64,000 nucleotides of DNA. Origin: Waterburya sp. (lineage in GTDB: Bacteria > Cyanobacteriota > Cyanobacteriia > Cyanobacteriales > Coleofasciculaceae). The position numbers and the translations under genes are program-made. Position 1 is the stretch's first letter. Each line of letters begins with the position of its first letter. The notes under the pieces were generated by a model. That model saw only the letters and a program-made list of their open reading frames with translations. It did not search any database and was not told where the DNA came from. This document shows, in pieces, positions 1 to 10,334 of this stretch. The stretch lies in assembly GCA_036703055.1 (NCBI GenBank), contig DATNPV010000303.1:20241-84240 (forward strand). The letters run 5' to 3'.

Positions 1-1534
1 GAACAACCGCCTCTGAGGAAATGTAGCCCCGCCCGTCTGGATGGAGGCGATAGATGACGACGCGATCGGCTTCCAGAATGCGCAGTGCTCCTTGGACGGC
101 TTTTTCAAAGACATCGTCTAAGTCTTGTTCGGTACGAGCATTGGAGACGGCAATATCTCCAAATAATCCAGCTTGTTCCGTTTCAGCCGCTTGTGCCCAC
201 AACAGGGTTTCCAGTCGGCTGGCCATCAAATTGATGTTAGCGCCCAGTTCAGCGAGTTCATCATCCCCTTCTACAGCAACGCGGGTGTAAAGTTCTCCTT
301 GCCCCAGTTTTTCTACGGCTTCGCTAACCGTGAGGACGGGACGTGTTGCCCGCTTTGCCAGATAAACAGCGATCGCACTGACTAGCAAAGCTGTCAAGCC
401 CGTTCCCAATGTCAGAATCAACAATAATTGTCGCTGGGGTGCAAAGGCTAGCTCTGTCGGCGTAGCAATAGCGGCTGACCAGTTCAAATCGGGCAAGCCT
501 TCTAGTTTGCCAAACTTCGTATAGGCCACCAAATCCTGTTGCTTGTCAATCGCATCCGAGATGCGTCCAGTCGCTGGCTTACCCGTTGCTTGCAACTGCT
601 TCAAGTCGGGAAAAATGCTGAAAGCATCTTTATTTTCTTTATTCTTTTCCTTAGACAGGAAAATTTTCCGCGTCTCGGCGTCAATCAAGTAAAATTCATC
701 CCCATTCTCCCCAAAGTTTTTCAGCAACTCACTCAAAGCCGCCACGGACATACGAGCGCGAACAACCGCGATTGTCTTGCCGGTAGCGCTATCTTTCACC
801 GGTGCGGCAAAATGCAGGGTCAATCGTTCGGGAGTATCAGAAACTTTGGGGAAGATGAACCCACTAATCACGGGCTGATTGGTTCTTAAGACATCCTTAA
901 AATAATCCCGGTCGCGTTGATTGGGTATGGGGTCTCCTGCCGTTTGCACCAAGACGTTGCCGTTGAGATCGGCTACCGAAATGAGGTCATAGACGTTATG
1001 AGCTGCCATAAAGCGGTCTAGCATCGCTTGCTTGGCTTTGGCAGGCGTAGTATCCCTCAACGTTGGGGTTGTCAAAACTGGGTGTTCAGCCAGAACCTGG
1101 ATATCCCCATAACGGTCATGGATAAAGCGCTTGACTTTGTCCTCTACACCACTGACGCTGGCTATTTTAGCCTGGGAAATTTGCTGTTCGATCGATTGAT
1201 TCGCAAAGTGATAGGCGGTTGCGCCAATCAGTAACACGGGAAAAGTGCCCAGTGCGATCGCCAAAGCTGTGGCTTTTTCAGTCAAGCGTAGGCTCTGCCA
1301 CCAAGAAATACCAGATTTTTTCGAGAGACTAGAAGTAGCAGAGGGACGCTGTTGCTGAAACTCAACAGCATTAATCACTGACTGCGGTGAAACCAACTCT
1401 AGATCAGGTTGGCTGTGGATATAACTGTTAAAACTCTTGGGATTAACGGTTAATAGCGAATCTTTCCCTAGTCCGTTGAACTCGTGCTTGTAAGCTTTTT
1501 GCTCTGGATCAAACTGAGTAGCCATGAAGCGATT
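1..1534 (-). CDS. PixJ/TaxD-like MCP-family sensor, N-terminal part (short cytoplasmic N-terminus, TM, ~260-aa periplasmic domain, TM, HAMP, start of first GAF); the gene runs past the window start
   Basis: Hand translation of the - strand gives one frame with no stops from the ATG at 1534 to position 1: MATQFDPEQ...TM (ATALAIALGTFPVLLIGATAY)...periplasmic region...second TM (LLLILTLGTGLTALLVSAIAVYL), HAMP (AKRATRPVLTVSEAVEKLGQGELYTRVAVEGDDELAELGANINLMASRLE), then ADRVVIYRLHPDGRGYISSEAVV, which is typical of the first GAF of PixJ-type receptors. It is absent from the ORF track because no in-window stop exists. The + strand ORFs at 54..1234 are shadows of this gene. Confidence 0.7.
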
Positions 1535-1991
1535 TCCTGGAATTGTATAGTCAAGGAGTAAAGTTTCGTAAATTTCGATGCAGAGCTGATTTCGCCACGC
1601 ACAATTGATGAAGGTATGAAAAACACTGGTACTGCACCCAATGTCTTGAGTACCAGCACTTCTAGCAAAGATGCACTCTTGTAGTGGCTCCCTTCGAGAG
1701 CAAAAGCGCGAAGCTATGGTCGTTTTAGGCTAAGGTCTCCGCCCGACCGAGTGAACTGGCTTCATCTCGCGCCAGTTCTGATTGCTCTACGGTGGCAGAA
1801 CACACCCCCTACTTCGAGGATAGACCTGACACGACCCCTGTGTCATTTAAGAAATAAGATATTAGGTAGATATAAATGGTGCCCTGCCTACAACCAACCC
1901 AACAAAAACTTGACCAACGTGATTACGCCTCTGTGGGAGGAAATTCTGGGTTACCCGGTTACCCTAGTAATTTTGTTTGGGAAAATGCTAT

Positions 1992-2309
1992 TTAAAGCAC
2001 CCGTCTACAGGCTACACTAGCGGCGGCGACGCCACCTCCGGCGGCAATCAGGGCACCCATGGGGCCTCCAACTGCTTCCCCTGCTACAGCCATTTCAATG
2101 GCTACAGCTAATACGCATTCATCTAAATCAGCTTCTGAGCCAGGTTGAGCCTTGGGATGATTGTCTCTCCAAGCCTGAGCTAAGGGAACTGCCAATTTTA
2201 TAAGTTGGTTATTAAGGTCGAATTCTCGCAGTTCCTCGCGAGTGACATACTTATTAGAATTGCTCTGCTTCAGATCACTGAACTGTTTTTCTGAGTTGAA
2301 GAGACTCAT
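1992..2309 (-). CDS. 105-aa small protein; candidate double-glycine leader peptide (bacteriocin/RiPP-type precursor)
   Basis: ATG with an AGGT about 9 nt upstream. An ~80-aa polar N-terminal region (...TREELREF...LAQAWRDNHPKAQ..., reminiscent of NHLP/Nif11-type leaders) ends in EAVGG. It is followed by a 23-aa Gly/Ala-rich hydrophobic core, PMGALIAAGGGVAAASVACRRVL, with one Cys. The core codons are GC-rich and the leader codons AT-rich. Confidence 0.4.
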   Translation of the reverse strand: MSLFNSEKQFSDLKQSNSNKYVTREELREFDLNNQLIKLAVPLAQAWRDNHPKAQPGSEADLDECVLAVAIEMAVAGEAVGGPMGALIAAGGGVAAASVACRRVL

Positions 2310-2735
2310 ATGATACTACCTAAAAAAAACACCACAGTCAGGAAGAATGAGATGGGAGCGAAAATGATAGACAACCCTGGTGGTGTCCAACCGGACCAGA
2401 GATACTGAAGCGAAGGGCTAGGGTTGCTAACCATCGGCGTTCATTCTCCAAAACGGTCGAAGCTGTAAGACGTGCGTATAACGTGTATTACAATACTTGC
2501 ATGATAGAGCAAATGCTTGACTCTTAGCAACTACATCTCATCGGTTTTATTGAGTCTTTACAAATTACTAACTTATGGTATGGACTCCTAGGAAGATGGG
2601 GGTTAAAGGTCAGTAGAAATGTTCACATTTAACATTTTTACAATTCAGGAATCTTCCCAAAGACAGATTTATCCTTCGCCATATCTAAAGTGTGTATGAA
2701 CATGATTTTGTATTACAAATGTATTCTTTGTTGTC

Positions 2736-2751
2736 TGTGACTTTCGTCACG
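2736..2751. promoter_or_regulatory. CRP-family-type palindrome TGTGAC-TTTC-GTCACG (TGTGA-N6-TCAC)
   Basis: Matches 9/10 positions of the TGTGA-N6-TCACA cAMP-receptor-protein consensus. Same arms as the site at 15328..15344. Lies in the AT-rich non-coding island about 430 nt upstream of the 1992..2309 gene. Confidence 0.3.
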
Positions 2752-4192
2752 ACTGACACGACTTCAGGACTTATGCACTAAGGTGAGCTGTTGAGACGGG
2801 GTTTGGGGGACGGGGAGTGGAGGACGGGGGAAAGGTTATTGCCTCGTTCTCAATCTAGACAAAGGATGAAAGTTTATCCTTCGTCTTACACAATTTGTTC
2901 CTTTTTCTGCAACTCAGCTTAGGGAAATGCCTGAATCAAAATAACTTTATATTTTCTTTAAAAAAATCCTGAATAGCTGAAGATTTGGTGAAGTTCAGGT
3001 CGCTACATAAACATTCCAATAAAGAAAAATTACGTTCAAAATAGTCTTAACGCCACCTTCAGAGTTATCCCGCGCAAAACAACAGATGGAGTGTATCAGC
3101 CTTCGCTGAAGCATGGCAGCTCTGGCTGAGGCTAGCTTGATAATTTTTTTGTCATCTTTTCATAAGCAGCAAACTGAGCAGCCATCTGCTTGATGGATAG
3201 TCAAGGAGTTTAATCCCTAATTATGGCAGTCCCTCGCTTAAACAATGAACACGGAAATTCAGAGCCGCAAGATAAGCCGCAAAGCCGAAACTATAGCAGG
3301 ATTACTATTTTTGATGTGTTTAGTTGGGGGATATCTTTCACGAGTTCACCATCCTTGGACTTGCGAACAAGCGAAAGAAGCTTGGCAAAAACATCAATCT
3401 CTTTCCAGTGAGGGTCAGAATCATCAGCTAGTCAGTAGAGTGATAAGTAACAGAGACACGATTCATCTTTGTCAGTGATAGGCAGGATCACGTCTTAGCT
3501 GTCGCTTCTAGAATTACCAAAGTGCCAGTTTTCCGAGTGCAACTTGCCACCAATAATAGTCGCATAGAGAGAATCTGAACTACGAATTTAGCTATACACC
3601 GTTGAACGACATAAATTTTTATTATTTGGTATATATGTTGTCGCTTCAGCGGAATAGCGGTAGGTTAAGGAAAGATTATGCAGATGAATTTTGGCTTAAC
3701 AAGCTTTTGTTAGTAGACGGGCGTTTAATTTTAGCGTTTATTAAGCTTGCCCAAGGATATACCAAATTCTAGGTAAACGTCAATTCGCTCAGAAGAATTT
3801 GTCCTCAAAAAACTGAATAGTAGTAAGTACTTACTGTGACAAATCACCGATTCATCGATCGATTTATGGGGCTTTATAAGCTAGAGGGTGTCAAGTAAGA
3901 AGTTTGAAAACCTAGACTAACTGTATTGCAATAGCTTTCACCTTATTTTCTGTAAAGAGCTTGTAAAGTTCATGAAATTGTGTTGATAATATTTAGTGGG
4001 CAGAGTTAAATTCACTGTAAGTAATACAAGTCCTCGGGAAGTATTACAAAAAGCGGATTCTACCCCATAAAGCCATTAGACTAGCAATAAAACCCTCTTA
4101 CTTCGTTCATCTCCAAGTCGGAATATTTGAAGGAAGCTACGTTTATTGTCGGCTTGGGTTTTTGACCAGGGTAATCCAATCGCATCTAACTG

Positions 4193-5390
4193 TATGAAAT
4201 CAATGCAGAGGATTTCTACATCCTCATTGATAAGTTTGTTTTGGATCTTCTTGAAAATTGGCAGCACTGCTTGGGGAGGCTTTATGCCGCTCATTGCGGT
4301 AATTCAAAATTACGTCAAGAAGAACAATCTACTGCAAGAGCAAGAAATTCTTGATGCGATATTCTTAGCCTCTGTCTTACCAGGCCCAATGGCTTTTAAT
4401 GTAGTGGTTGGTGTGGGTTACCGTCTACGTGGATGGGTAGGGGCACTGGTTTGCGGGCTTGGAGCGCTACTCCCAACGTTAATATTGGTTTTAGGTCTGA
4501 GTATTGCCTATTTCCGGTGGGGTCAAGTTCCCATCGTAGACAAGCTTTTCATGGGCTTTGCTCCAGCCATGATCGCAATTATCATCTCAGCCGCTTGGAG
4601 CATAGGCCGTCAAACGATTAAGAACGTTTCGCAGGTTGGAATTAGCGTTGGGTCGTGCGCTGCATTATTAGGAATTGGCGGTTTTTATAGCACTATCGCC
4701 ATTATTTTGGTATCTGGCTTAGTCGGATGGTTACTATTTCGCGATTCAACGACTAAACAGCCAGAATCATCCAATCCTGCACCTCTGGTACTATCTCGAT
4801 CTAAATCTCCAGGTTCAGACAAGTTGCTCTCTACACTACCATTACCTGCTATTTGGCTCCTAACTGTTAAACCCTCACTTATTCTCAAGCTCTTTACCAG
4901 CTTTGCTGCTATGAGCCTAACGTTGTTCGGTAGCGGCTATGTGTTCATTCCCATCATTCAGGATTTAGTCGTTAATGGTCAGGGTTGGGTGACGAATAAA
5001 GAATTTATAGATGGTCTGGCAATTAGTCAAATTACGCCAGGCCCTATCTTAATCACTTCAGCTTTTATTGGATATAAAGTTGCCGGATTACTAGGTGCTC
5101 TGTCTGCTACTGTCGGGATGTTTTTGCCACCCGCTTTACTTATGGTGGTGGCGACCTATTTCCTAGATAGCCTCAAGCAATCTGCTGTCGTTAAAGCTGC
5201 GCTGTGCGGCGTCAGGCCGGCCGTTGTGGGCATGATAACAGCAGCTGGTTTTGTGGTGGGTAGTACAGTACCGCACCATTGGGCTTCAGTTGTGATCGGT
5301 GCTGCTGCACTCATTGCTATAGTTCGCTTTCGTGTAGAAGTGGCTTTGATTATACCAATAGCTGGTATGGCGGGCCTTGCACTTTATTAG
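4193..5390 (+). CDS. chrA: CHR-family chromate/sulfate ion transporter (ChrA/SrpC-like), two-domain form
   Basis: Two homologous halves each carry the CHR signature (FLKIGSTAWGGFMPLIAVIQ...; AAMSLTLFGSGYVFIPIIQDLVVNGQGWVTNKEFIDGLAISQITPGPI). About 12 TM helices. The ATG at 4193 is preferred over the upstream TTG at 4146 used by the ORF track. Confidence 0.85.
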
Positions 5391-5466
5391 CTGAGGATTA
5401 CCTTGACTAATTCATAAAGTATTTAATACGAGAAATAAATCTTTTAAATCAATCTATTTTTTGATT

Positions 5467-5500
5467 GGGTTTTTGATTAAAACCCAGCGCTTTTGTTTTC
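5467..5500 (+). terminator. putative intrinsic terminator after chrA (weak A/U-rich stem GGGTTTT-tgatt-AAAACCC then T-tract)
   Basis: gggtttttgattaaaaccc followed by agcgcttttgttttcattttc, 77 nt after the chrA stop. Confidence 0.35.
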
Positions 5501-5776
5501 ATTTTCTTAATGTTGATTTTTAATTAAATTTATTTCTATAGGTAGAAGAAAAGTAAAAAAGATGTTAGTCTATTCAAAAGAACTTTAAAATTCTAACAGC
5601 GTCCTATTCCTTCAGTAAGTGAAGACTGATTCGAGCTTCATGCACAACTGAGTTAGCTAAATCTCATCTGTGATTTAAATCCAGATAGATTGTTGCAATC
5701 GCCATTGCACCACTCATACATCTATGATTTTGGGTGCAACATGCTTGCCGCTTTTGTGAAGTTTTGGAGATCTACC

Positions 5777-6850
5777 ATGGAAAGCAATAAAAAAGTGAAT
5801 CAACTACCTCAACGGCCCAAACCAATTTTGATGATTCCTATCAGACGTTGCGGTAGTCATGCTCTGCGCCTCCGATTAAACTTCAGTCCAGATTTTTATT
5901 CTCCTTATCCTCTGCATCTTGTAGATTTTATGCCGCTTGTTAAGTTGTATGGCGACTTGACAAACGACTACGCCTATTTTCAGTTAGTGATTGACCTGGT
6001 CGGATTGCAAAATGCAACGATGGTCAAGTGGGATAATGTCGCCTTAGATCCAGTTTCTATCTTTGAGGCTATTAAAGACCGTCCGCGGAGTGTCCATACT
6101 ATTGCCTGGGAAATGTTGTTCCAGGCTGGACGAACGCATAATGCCAAAGTCGTAATGGATAAGTCTTTGGATAATGTGCATTATGCCGAGGAATTAGTTG
6201 ATTTATTCGATGACATGTTGTTTTTGAATGTGGTTCGCGATCCGCGTGCTCAAGTTAACAGCATTAATCGCGCCATCATTCATGATTTTGATACACTCCT
6301 GAATACATTAACCTGGGTCAAAGCCCAGGAGGCAGCCAAGTCTCTCGCCGCCAAGTATCCTGATAAGGTGTTAACCATCAGATATGAAGATTTTTTGGTT
6401 AACCAGAAAACGGCTCTGCAAAAAATTTGTCAGTTCTTTGGCATCGAGTTTTTAGACTCCATGCTAGATATTTCTGCCTCGAAAGAAGCACAAAATATTT
6501 CTACAATGTCTGCACTCTGGGAAACCAACAGTTGCCCACCCATTCCCGCTTATATCGATAAGTTTAAAAAATCGATGAGCCTGGAAGAAATTGAAGTGAT
6601 TGAAACCATCGCCGGAGAGTATATGGATTACTACGGCTATGAGAGAATGACGCCAGCTCAAGCGACTATTACCGAGGAAATCATCACTAAAGCTAAGGAA
6701 CGAAGTGAAGTTAAAAAACAACAAGCATGGATGGAGCTAAAAGTTAAGGCACCACAGGATTACCAACTAAGAAAGTTCCGTGCTACTTACCTCAATATGC
6801 TGAAAGAACGGTTAGTGCAAGACCAAGCAGCGGCTTTACAACCGACTTAA
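5777..6850 (+). CDS. PAPS-dependent sulfotransferase family protein
   Basis: A 5'-PSB-like loop (PIRRCGSHALRLRL) and a 3'-PB motif (VVRDPRAQVNSINRA) are characteristic of the sulfotransferase fold. Start taken at ATG 5777 (MESNKK...) rather than the TTG at 5690. Codon composition is AT-rich relative to flanking housekeeping genes. Confidence 0.75.
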   Translation: MESNKKVNQLPQRPKPILMIPIRRCGSHALRLRLNFSPDFYSPYPLHLVDFMPLVKLYGDLTNDYAYFQLVIDLVGLQNATMVKWDNVALDPVSIFEAIKDRPRSVHTIAWEMLFQAGRTHNAKVVMDKSLDNVHYAEELVDLFDDMLFLNVVRDPRAQVNSINRAIIHDFDTLLNTLTWVKAQEAAKSLAAKYPDKVLTIRYEDFLVNQKTALQKICQFFGIEFLDSMLDISASKEAQNISTMSALWETNSCPPIPAYIDKFKKSMSLEEIEVIETIAGEYMDYYGYERMTPAQATITEEIITKAKERSEVKKQQAWMELKVKAPQDYQLRKFRATYLNMLKERLVQDQAAALQPT

Positions 6851-7371
6851 TTGACGGCTTGACGGCCAGCTAACTGATAGACGGTTAACCTGATGTTGTC
6901 CTTCTCTACAAAATTTTGAGTTTTGTCAGTTAACGTAGTCTGAGTGAGCCTCAAGACTTGAAATGCTGAACCCATTACTTTTGACTGATACCATTTTACG
7001 TTTACTGCGCCACAAATTGATCCCCTAGCAGGGCTTATCGAGGGAACGAGAAAAGCATCTGTAGCAGGCTTTTAGTGAATTGGTATGAGTGCCGTAATCG
7101 TTCTGCTTTTTCAAAGAATCGCGCAAAAGGCTTTTTTAGTCTTCAACTATCTTCTTTTTTGCTTTTGACTCTTGAGTTTATTCTCTCTAACTCTTTGATA
7201 CCTTAACTACCCATCTAGGGGGCAAAGAGTTGGTCGAATCTGTACTCTCTTCTACCTGTTCCATAAAACTCCGCAGACTCTCTCACGTACTGAGCCTTAT
7301 TCGGAATCAAGACTAAGCTGAAAAATTTTACATTCACTGAGTGTTGTTGACAAAATCGAGTAGGAGAAAGG

Positions 7372-8556
7372 ATGGACAAAATTTTGATTCAGCCTCATGG
7401 CGGTAAGCTGGTTGATCGCAACTTGCAAGCATTTGAACGCCAAACCGCTTTTGAGAATGCCCATGCTCTACCCCGTATCACTCTTTCTCAACGCAATCTC
7501 TCTGATTTGGAATGCATTGCGACAGGTGTTTATAGTCCTCTCGAAGGCTTTGTTGATGAAGAGGAATACTACAACATCATCAACCATACGCGCCTGAGTA
7601 ATGGTCTTGCCTGGAGCATCCCCGTTACCCTACAGATCTCTGAAACAGTCTCCCAACGGTGCAGGCTGGATTCTGAAATTGCCCTAGCCCATCCCAATGG
7701 TGACATTCTTGCAGTGATGACCATTACCAGCAAGTTTAGGCCAAACCAAGAGGATGAGGCTCGGAAGGTTTATCGTATAGCTGAAGAAGCGCATCCAGGT
7801 GTTAAGGCCATGTATGCCGAGGGTGAAGTCTATCTTGGTGGCCCTATCACCTTGGTTAACACTATTCCACATAGTGACTTTTTAGAGTATCGCTTCACTC
7901 CTGCGACTACCCGTGCTGAGTTTGCTAAACGTCAATGGAATAGTGTTGTTGCCTTTCAGACACGCAACCCCATTCACCGGGCTCACGAATATATTACGAA
8001 AATTGCCCTGGAAAGTGTTGATGGCCTGTTTATCAATCCGCTGGTGGGCATGACCAAGTCCGACGATATTCCAGCCAGTGTACGGATGCAATGCTACGAA
8101 ACCTTGATTGATAAATACTATCCCAAAGACCGCACATTTCTAGGGGTATTTCCTGCTGCTATGCGCTATGCGGGGCCACGAGAAGCCATCATGCACGCGA
8201 TCGCTCGTCAAAACTACGGCTGTACCCACTTTATTGTCGGTCGAGACCACGCTGGAGTTGGCTCTTATTACGGAACTTATGATGCACAGCACATCTTTAA
8301 CGAATTTACTTCGGATGAGTTAAAGATTGTACCGATGAAATTTGAGCACGCCTTTTACTGTATGCGTACTCAATCCATGGCAACCACCAAAACCAGCCCT
8401 AGCACCATCGAAGAACGCATTCACCTATCTGGCACAAAGGTGCGTGAAATGCTCAGCAAGGGCAAAGTTCCTCCTGTAGAGTTTACCCGCCCAGAAATTG
8501 CGGAAATTCTGATCACCACAATGAGCCGAAGCAAAGCTCATAGTCACATTGCATAG
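7372..8556 (+). CDS. sat: sulfate adenylyltransferase (ATP sulfurylase)
   Basis: QTRNPIHRAHE and GRDHAG motifs; the ~390-aa length is typical of cyanobacterial Sat. Confidence 0.95.
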   Translation: MDKILIQPHGGKLVDRNLQAFERQTAFENAHALPRITLSQRNLSDLECIATGVYSPLEGFVDEEEYYNIINHTRLSNGLAWSIPVTLQISETVSQRCRLDSEIALAHPNGDILAVMTITSKFRPNQEDEARKVYRIAEEAHPGVKAMYAEGEVYLGGPITLVNTIPHSDFLEYRFTPATTRAEFAKRQWNSVVAFQTRNPIHRAHEYITKIALESVDGLFINPLVGMTKSDDIPASVRMQCYETLIDKYYPKDRTFLGVFPAAMRYAGPREAIMHAIARQNYGCTHFIVGRDHAGVGSYYGTYDAQHIFNEFTSDELKIVPMKFEHAFYCMRTQSMATTKTSPSTIEERIHLSGTKVREMLSKGKVPPVEFTRPEIAEILITTMSRSKAHSHIA

Positions 8557-8601
8557 TCACATTGCCTAGCAAACATTGAACATTTCTGGAGATAGTGAAT
8601 C

Positions 8602-9159
8602 ATGCAACATCAAGGTGTTACTCTCTGGTTTACAGGCTTAAGTGGATCTGGCAAAACTACCATTGCTAAAGCCGTTGAACGCCACTTAAGAACTCGCTCT
8701 TGCAAAGTTGAAATGCTTGATGGTGACGTTGTACGCACCAATTTATCGAAAGGCTTAGGCTTCAGCAAACAAGACCGCGATATCAATGTGCGACGAATTG
8801 GCTTTGTGGCTAACCTACTCAGCCGTAATGGTGTAATTGCGATTACAGCCGCTATCAGTCCCTACCGTGCCATCCGCGACGAGGTACGCCAGATGAGTGC
8901 AAATTTCATGGAAATCTATGTAAGCGCCCCCTTGGAAGTTTGTGAAGCTCGGGATGTCAAGGGATTGTATGCCAGAGCACGAGCGGGTGAGATTCAGCAT
9001 TTCACTGGCATTGATGACCCCTACGAGGAACCACTCAATCCTGAAGTCGTCTGTTACACAGAACAGGAAAGCATTGAACAGAGTGTTGATAAGGTGATCA
9101 CAGCACTCGAACGCTCAGGTTACATTCCTGTAAGACAGGTTGCAAGTTTGGCATGTTAA
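8602..9159 (+). CDS. cysC: adenylylsulfate (APS) kinase
   Basis: P-loop GLSGSGKTT near the N-terminus, 185 aa, APS-kinase fold signature (DGDVVR...). Sits immediately downstream of sat. Confidence 0.95.
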   Translation: MQHQGVTLWFTGLSGSGKTTIAKAVERHLRTRSCKVEMLDGDVVRTNLSKGLGFSKQDRDINVRRIGFVANLLSRNGVIAITAAISPYRAIRDEVRQMSANFMEIYVSAPLEVCEARDVKGLYARARAGEIQHFTGIDDPYEEPLNPEVVCYTEQESIEQSVDKVITALERSGYIPVRQVASLAC

Positions 9160-9237
9160 GTAAGGAATGAGGGTAGAGGGCAAGGTCTAACCTAGTGGTT
9201 CATGTCATTAGTTCTGATTGGTTAGGTCTAGTTCGTA

Positions 9238-9266
9238 GTAAGCGCTTCAGCGAGTTGAGCGCTTAC
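9238..9266. repeat. stable stem-loop (9-bp stem GTAAGCGCT / AGCGCTTAC, 11-nt loop)
   Basis: Seen directly in the sequence downstream of cysC; no U-tract on either strand. Confidence 0.4.
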
Positions 9267-9362
9267 TAAAAACTCCTCAGAATTAATGCCATAGAACACT
9301 AGTCCCCTAGTCTCCCCGTCGCCCCATCCCCATCTTTTTGGATTCATCTGTATGGAGAGAGC

Positions 9363-9758
9363 TTACTCAAATAAGACTGTGACCTCTTCGGATTTGGTAA
9401 AGTAGTCCCAAATTGCTAGTGCTAAATCGCTTTCAAACTCCAGTTTCTCTACGCAATTACATTGTTCACTGTTTCCCAAGCCGCATTCTGATTCACCGTC
9501 CAAGGCCCCTTCAGGAATCCTCAAACAAATATTTACAATTGGGATATCTTTGTCTTCACCGAATCCGTTATAAGTGCTTAATCTAACTGCGGCAATACAG
9601 TCAACGTTAATAATTAGATCTGCGAGTCGAATAAACGCCACAATTAATTCCTCGCAAAGATAACTTAGTAACGCTTTCGCCAAAAAAAATCCCAATTGGT
9701 TTGGCAGTTTACCAAATCGATTAGGTAAAACCCTGCATCCTTGGGCATCATGTCCCAA
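9363..9758 (-). CDS. hypothetical protein (131 aa; TTG start in track)
   Basis: ORF with no recognisable motif; Cys-rich (CGLGNSEQCNC). Lies in a lower-GC insert between cysC and the GT2 pair. Confidence 0.3.
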   Translation of the reverse strand: MGHDAQGCRVLPNRFGKLPNQLGFFLAKALLSYLCEELIVAFIRLADLIINVDCIAAVRLSTYNGFGEDKDIPIVNICLRIPEGALDGESECGLGNSEQCNCVEKLEFESDLALAIWDYFTKSEEVTVLFE

Positions 9759-9908
9759 TTGCTCAGTCTGCCCATGTACCTATTTGGGTTAAAGATGAAG
9801 TTACGGTTATATTCGCTCTTGATCATTGTTTGCTAAAGTAATAACCACCCATAAAAAACAGAGAAGTCGTTCGCGCTGTTTCGTGCCTGTAGTGCTTATC
9901 GGTCTTGC

Positions 9909-10334
9909 TTAGCCACTGTCACACAGGCTGTGGTAGCGTAAAGCGTGCACTCCTTGGGAATGCTCATCCCAAAGAACACAGCATAAGAATGCATCGACCC
10001 AGCGCTGCCAAATTTCTGGGCGAAGTAACTCCTCATCACGCAATAGTAATATTTGACGATTCACTTGACCTTCATAGTGACAGCCACTCTGCAAAAAAGA
10101 ATTCGACCAACGCTGAACCGACTCCTTTTTTGCTTCTCTCGTAGCAGGCCGTAAATAACGCCATGCATCAGTACTTAACGTGTTTAATCTGAGAAAGAGA
10201 CTAGGCCAGGAAGGAGTCGTTGCTATCCCAATGTGTTCAGTCTTAGAACTCACCAAAGTTGTAATATCATTGTACAACTCGTAATACGTCATCTGTATGA
10301 TATTGCAATAACTGACTATGAGCAACCAAGTCAA
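9909..10334 (-). CDS. hypothetical protein (141 aa)
   Basis: ORF with no recognisable motif; same orientation as, and directly upstream of, 9363..9758. Confidence 0.3.
   Translation of the reverse strand: MTWLLIVSYCNIIQMTYYELYNDITTLVSSKTEHIGIATTPSWPSLFLRLNTLSTDAWRYLRPATREAKKESVQRWSNSFLQSGCHYEGQVNRQILLLRDEELLRPEIWQRWVDAFLCCVLWDEHSQGVHALRYHSLCDSG

Noticed and set aside
54-1234. + strand ORFs (78, 70, 116, 68 aa) at the window start
   Set aside because: They are shadow frames of the - strand sensor gene, which translates uninterrupted from 1534 to 1 with TM/HAMP/GAF motifs.
5690-5776. TTG-initiated N-terminal extension of the sulfotransferase
   Set aside because: The ATG at 5777 gives a normal sulfotransferase N-terminus; the extension overlaps a candidate operator palindrome.
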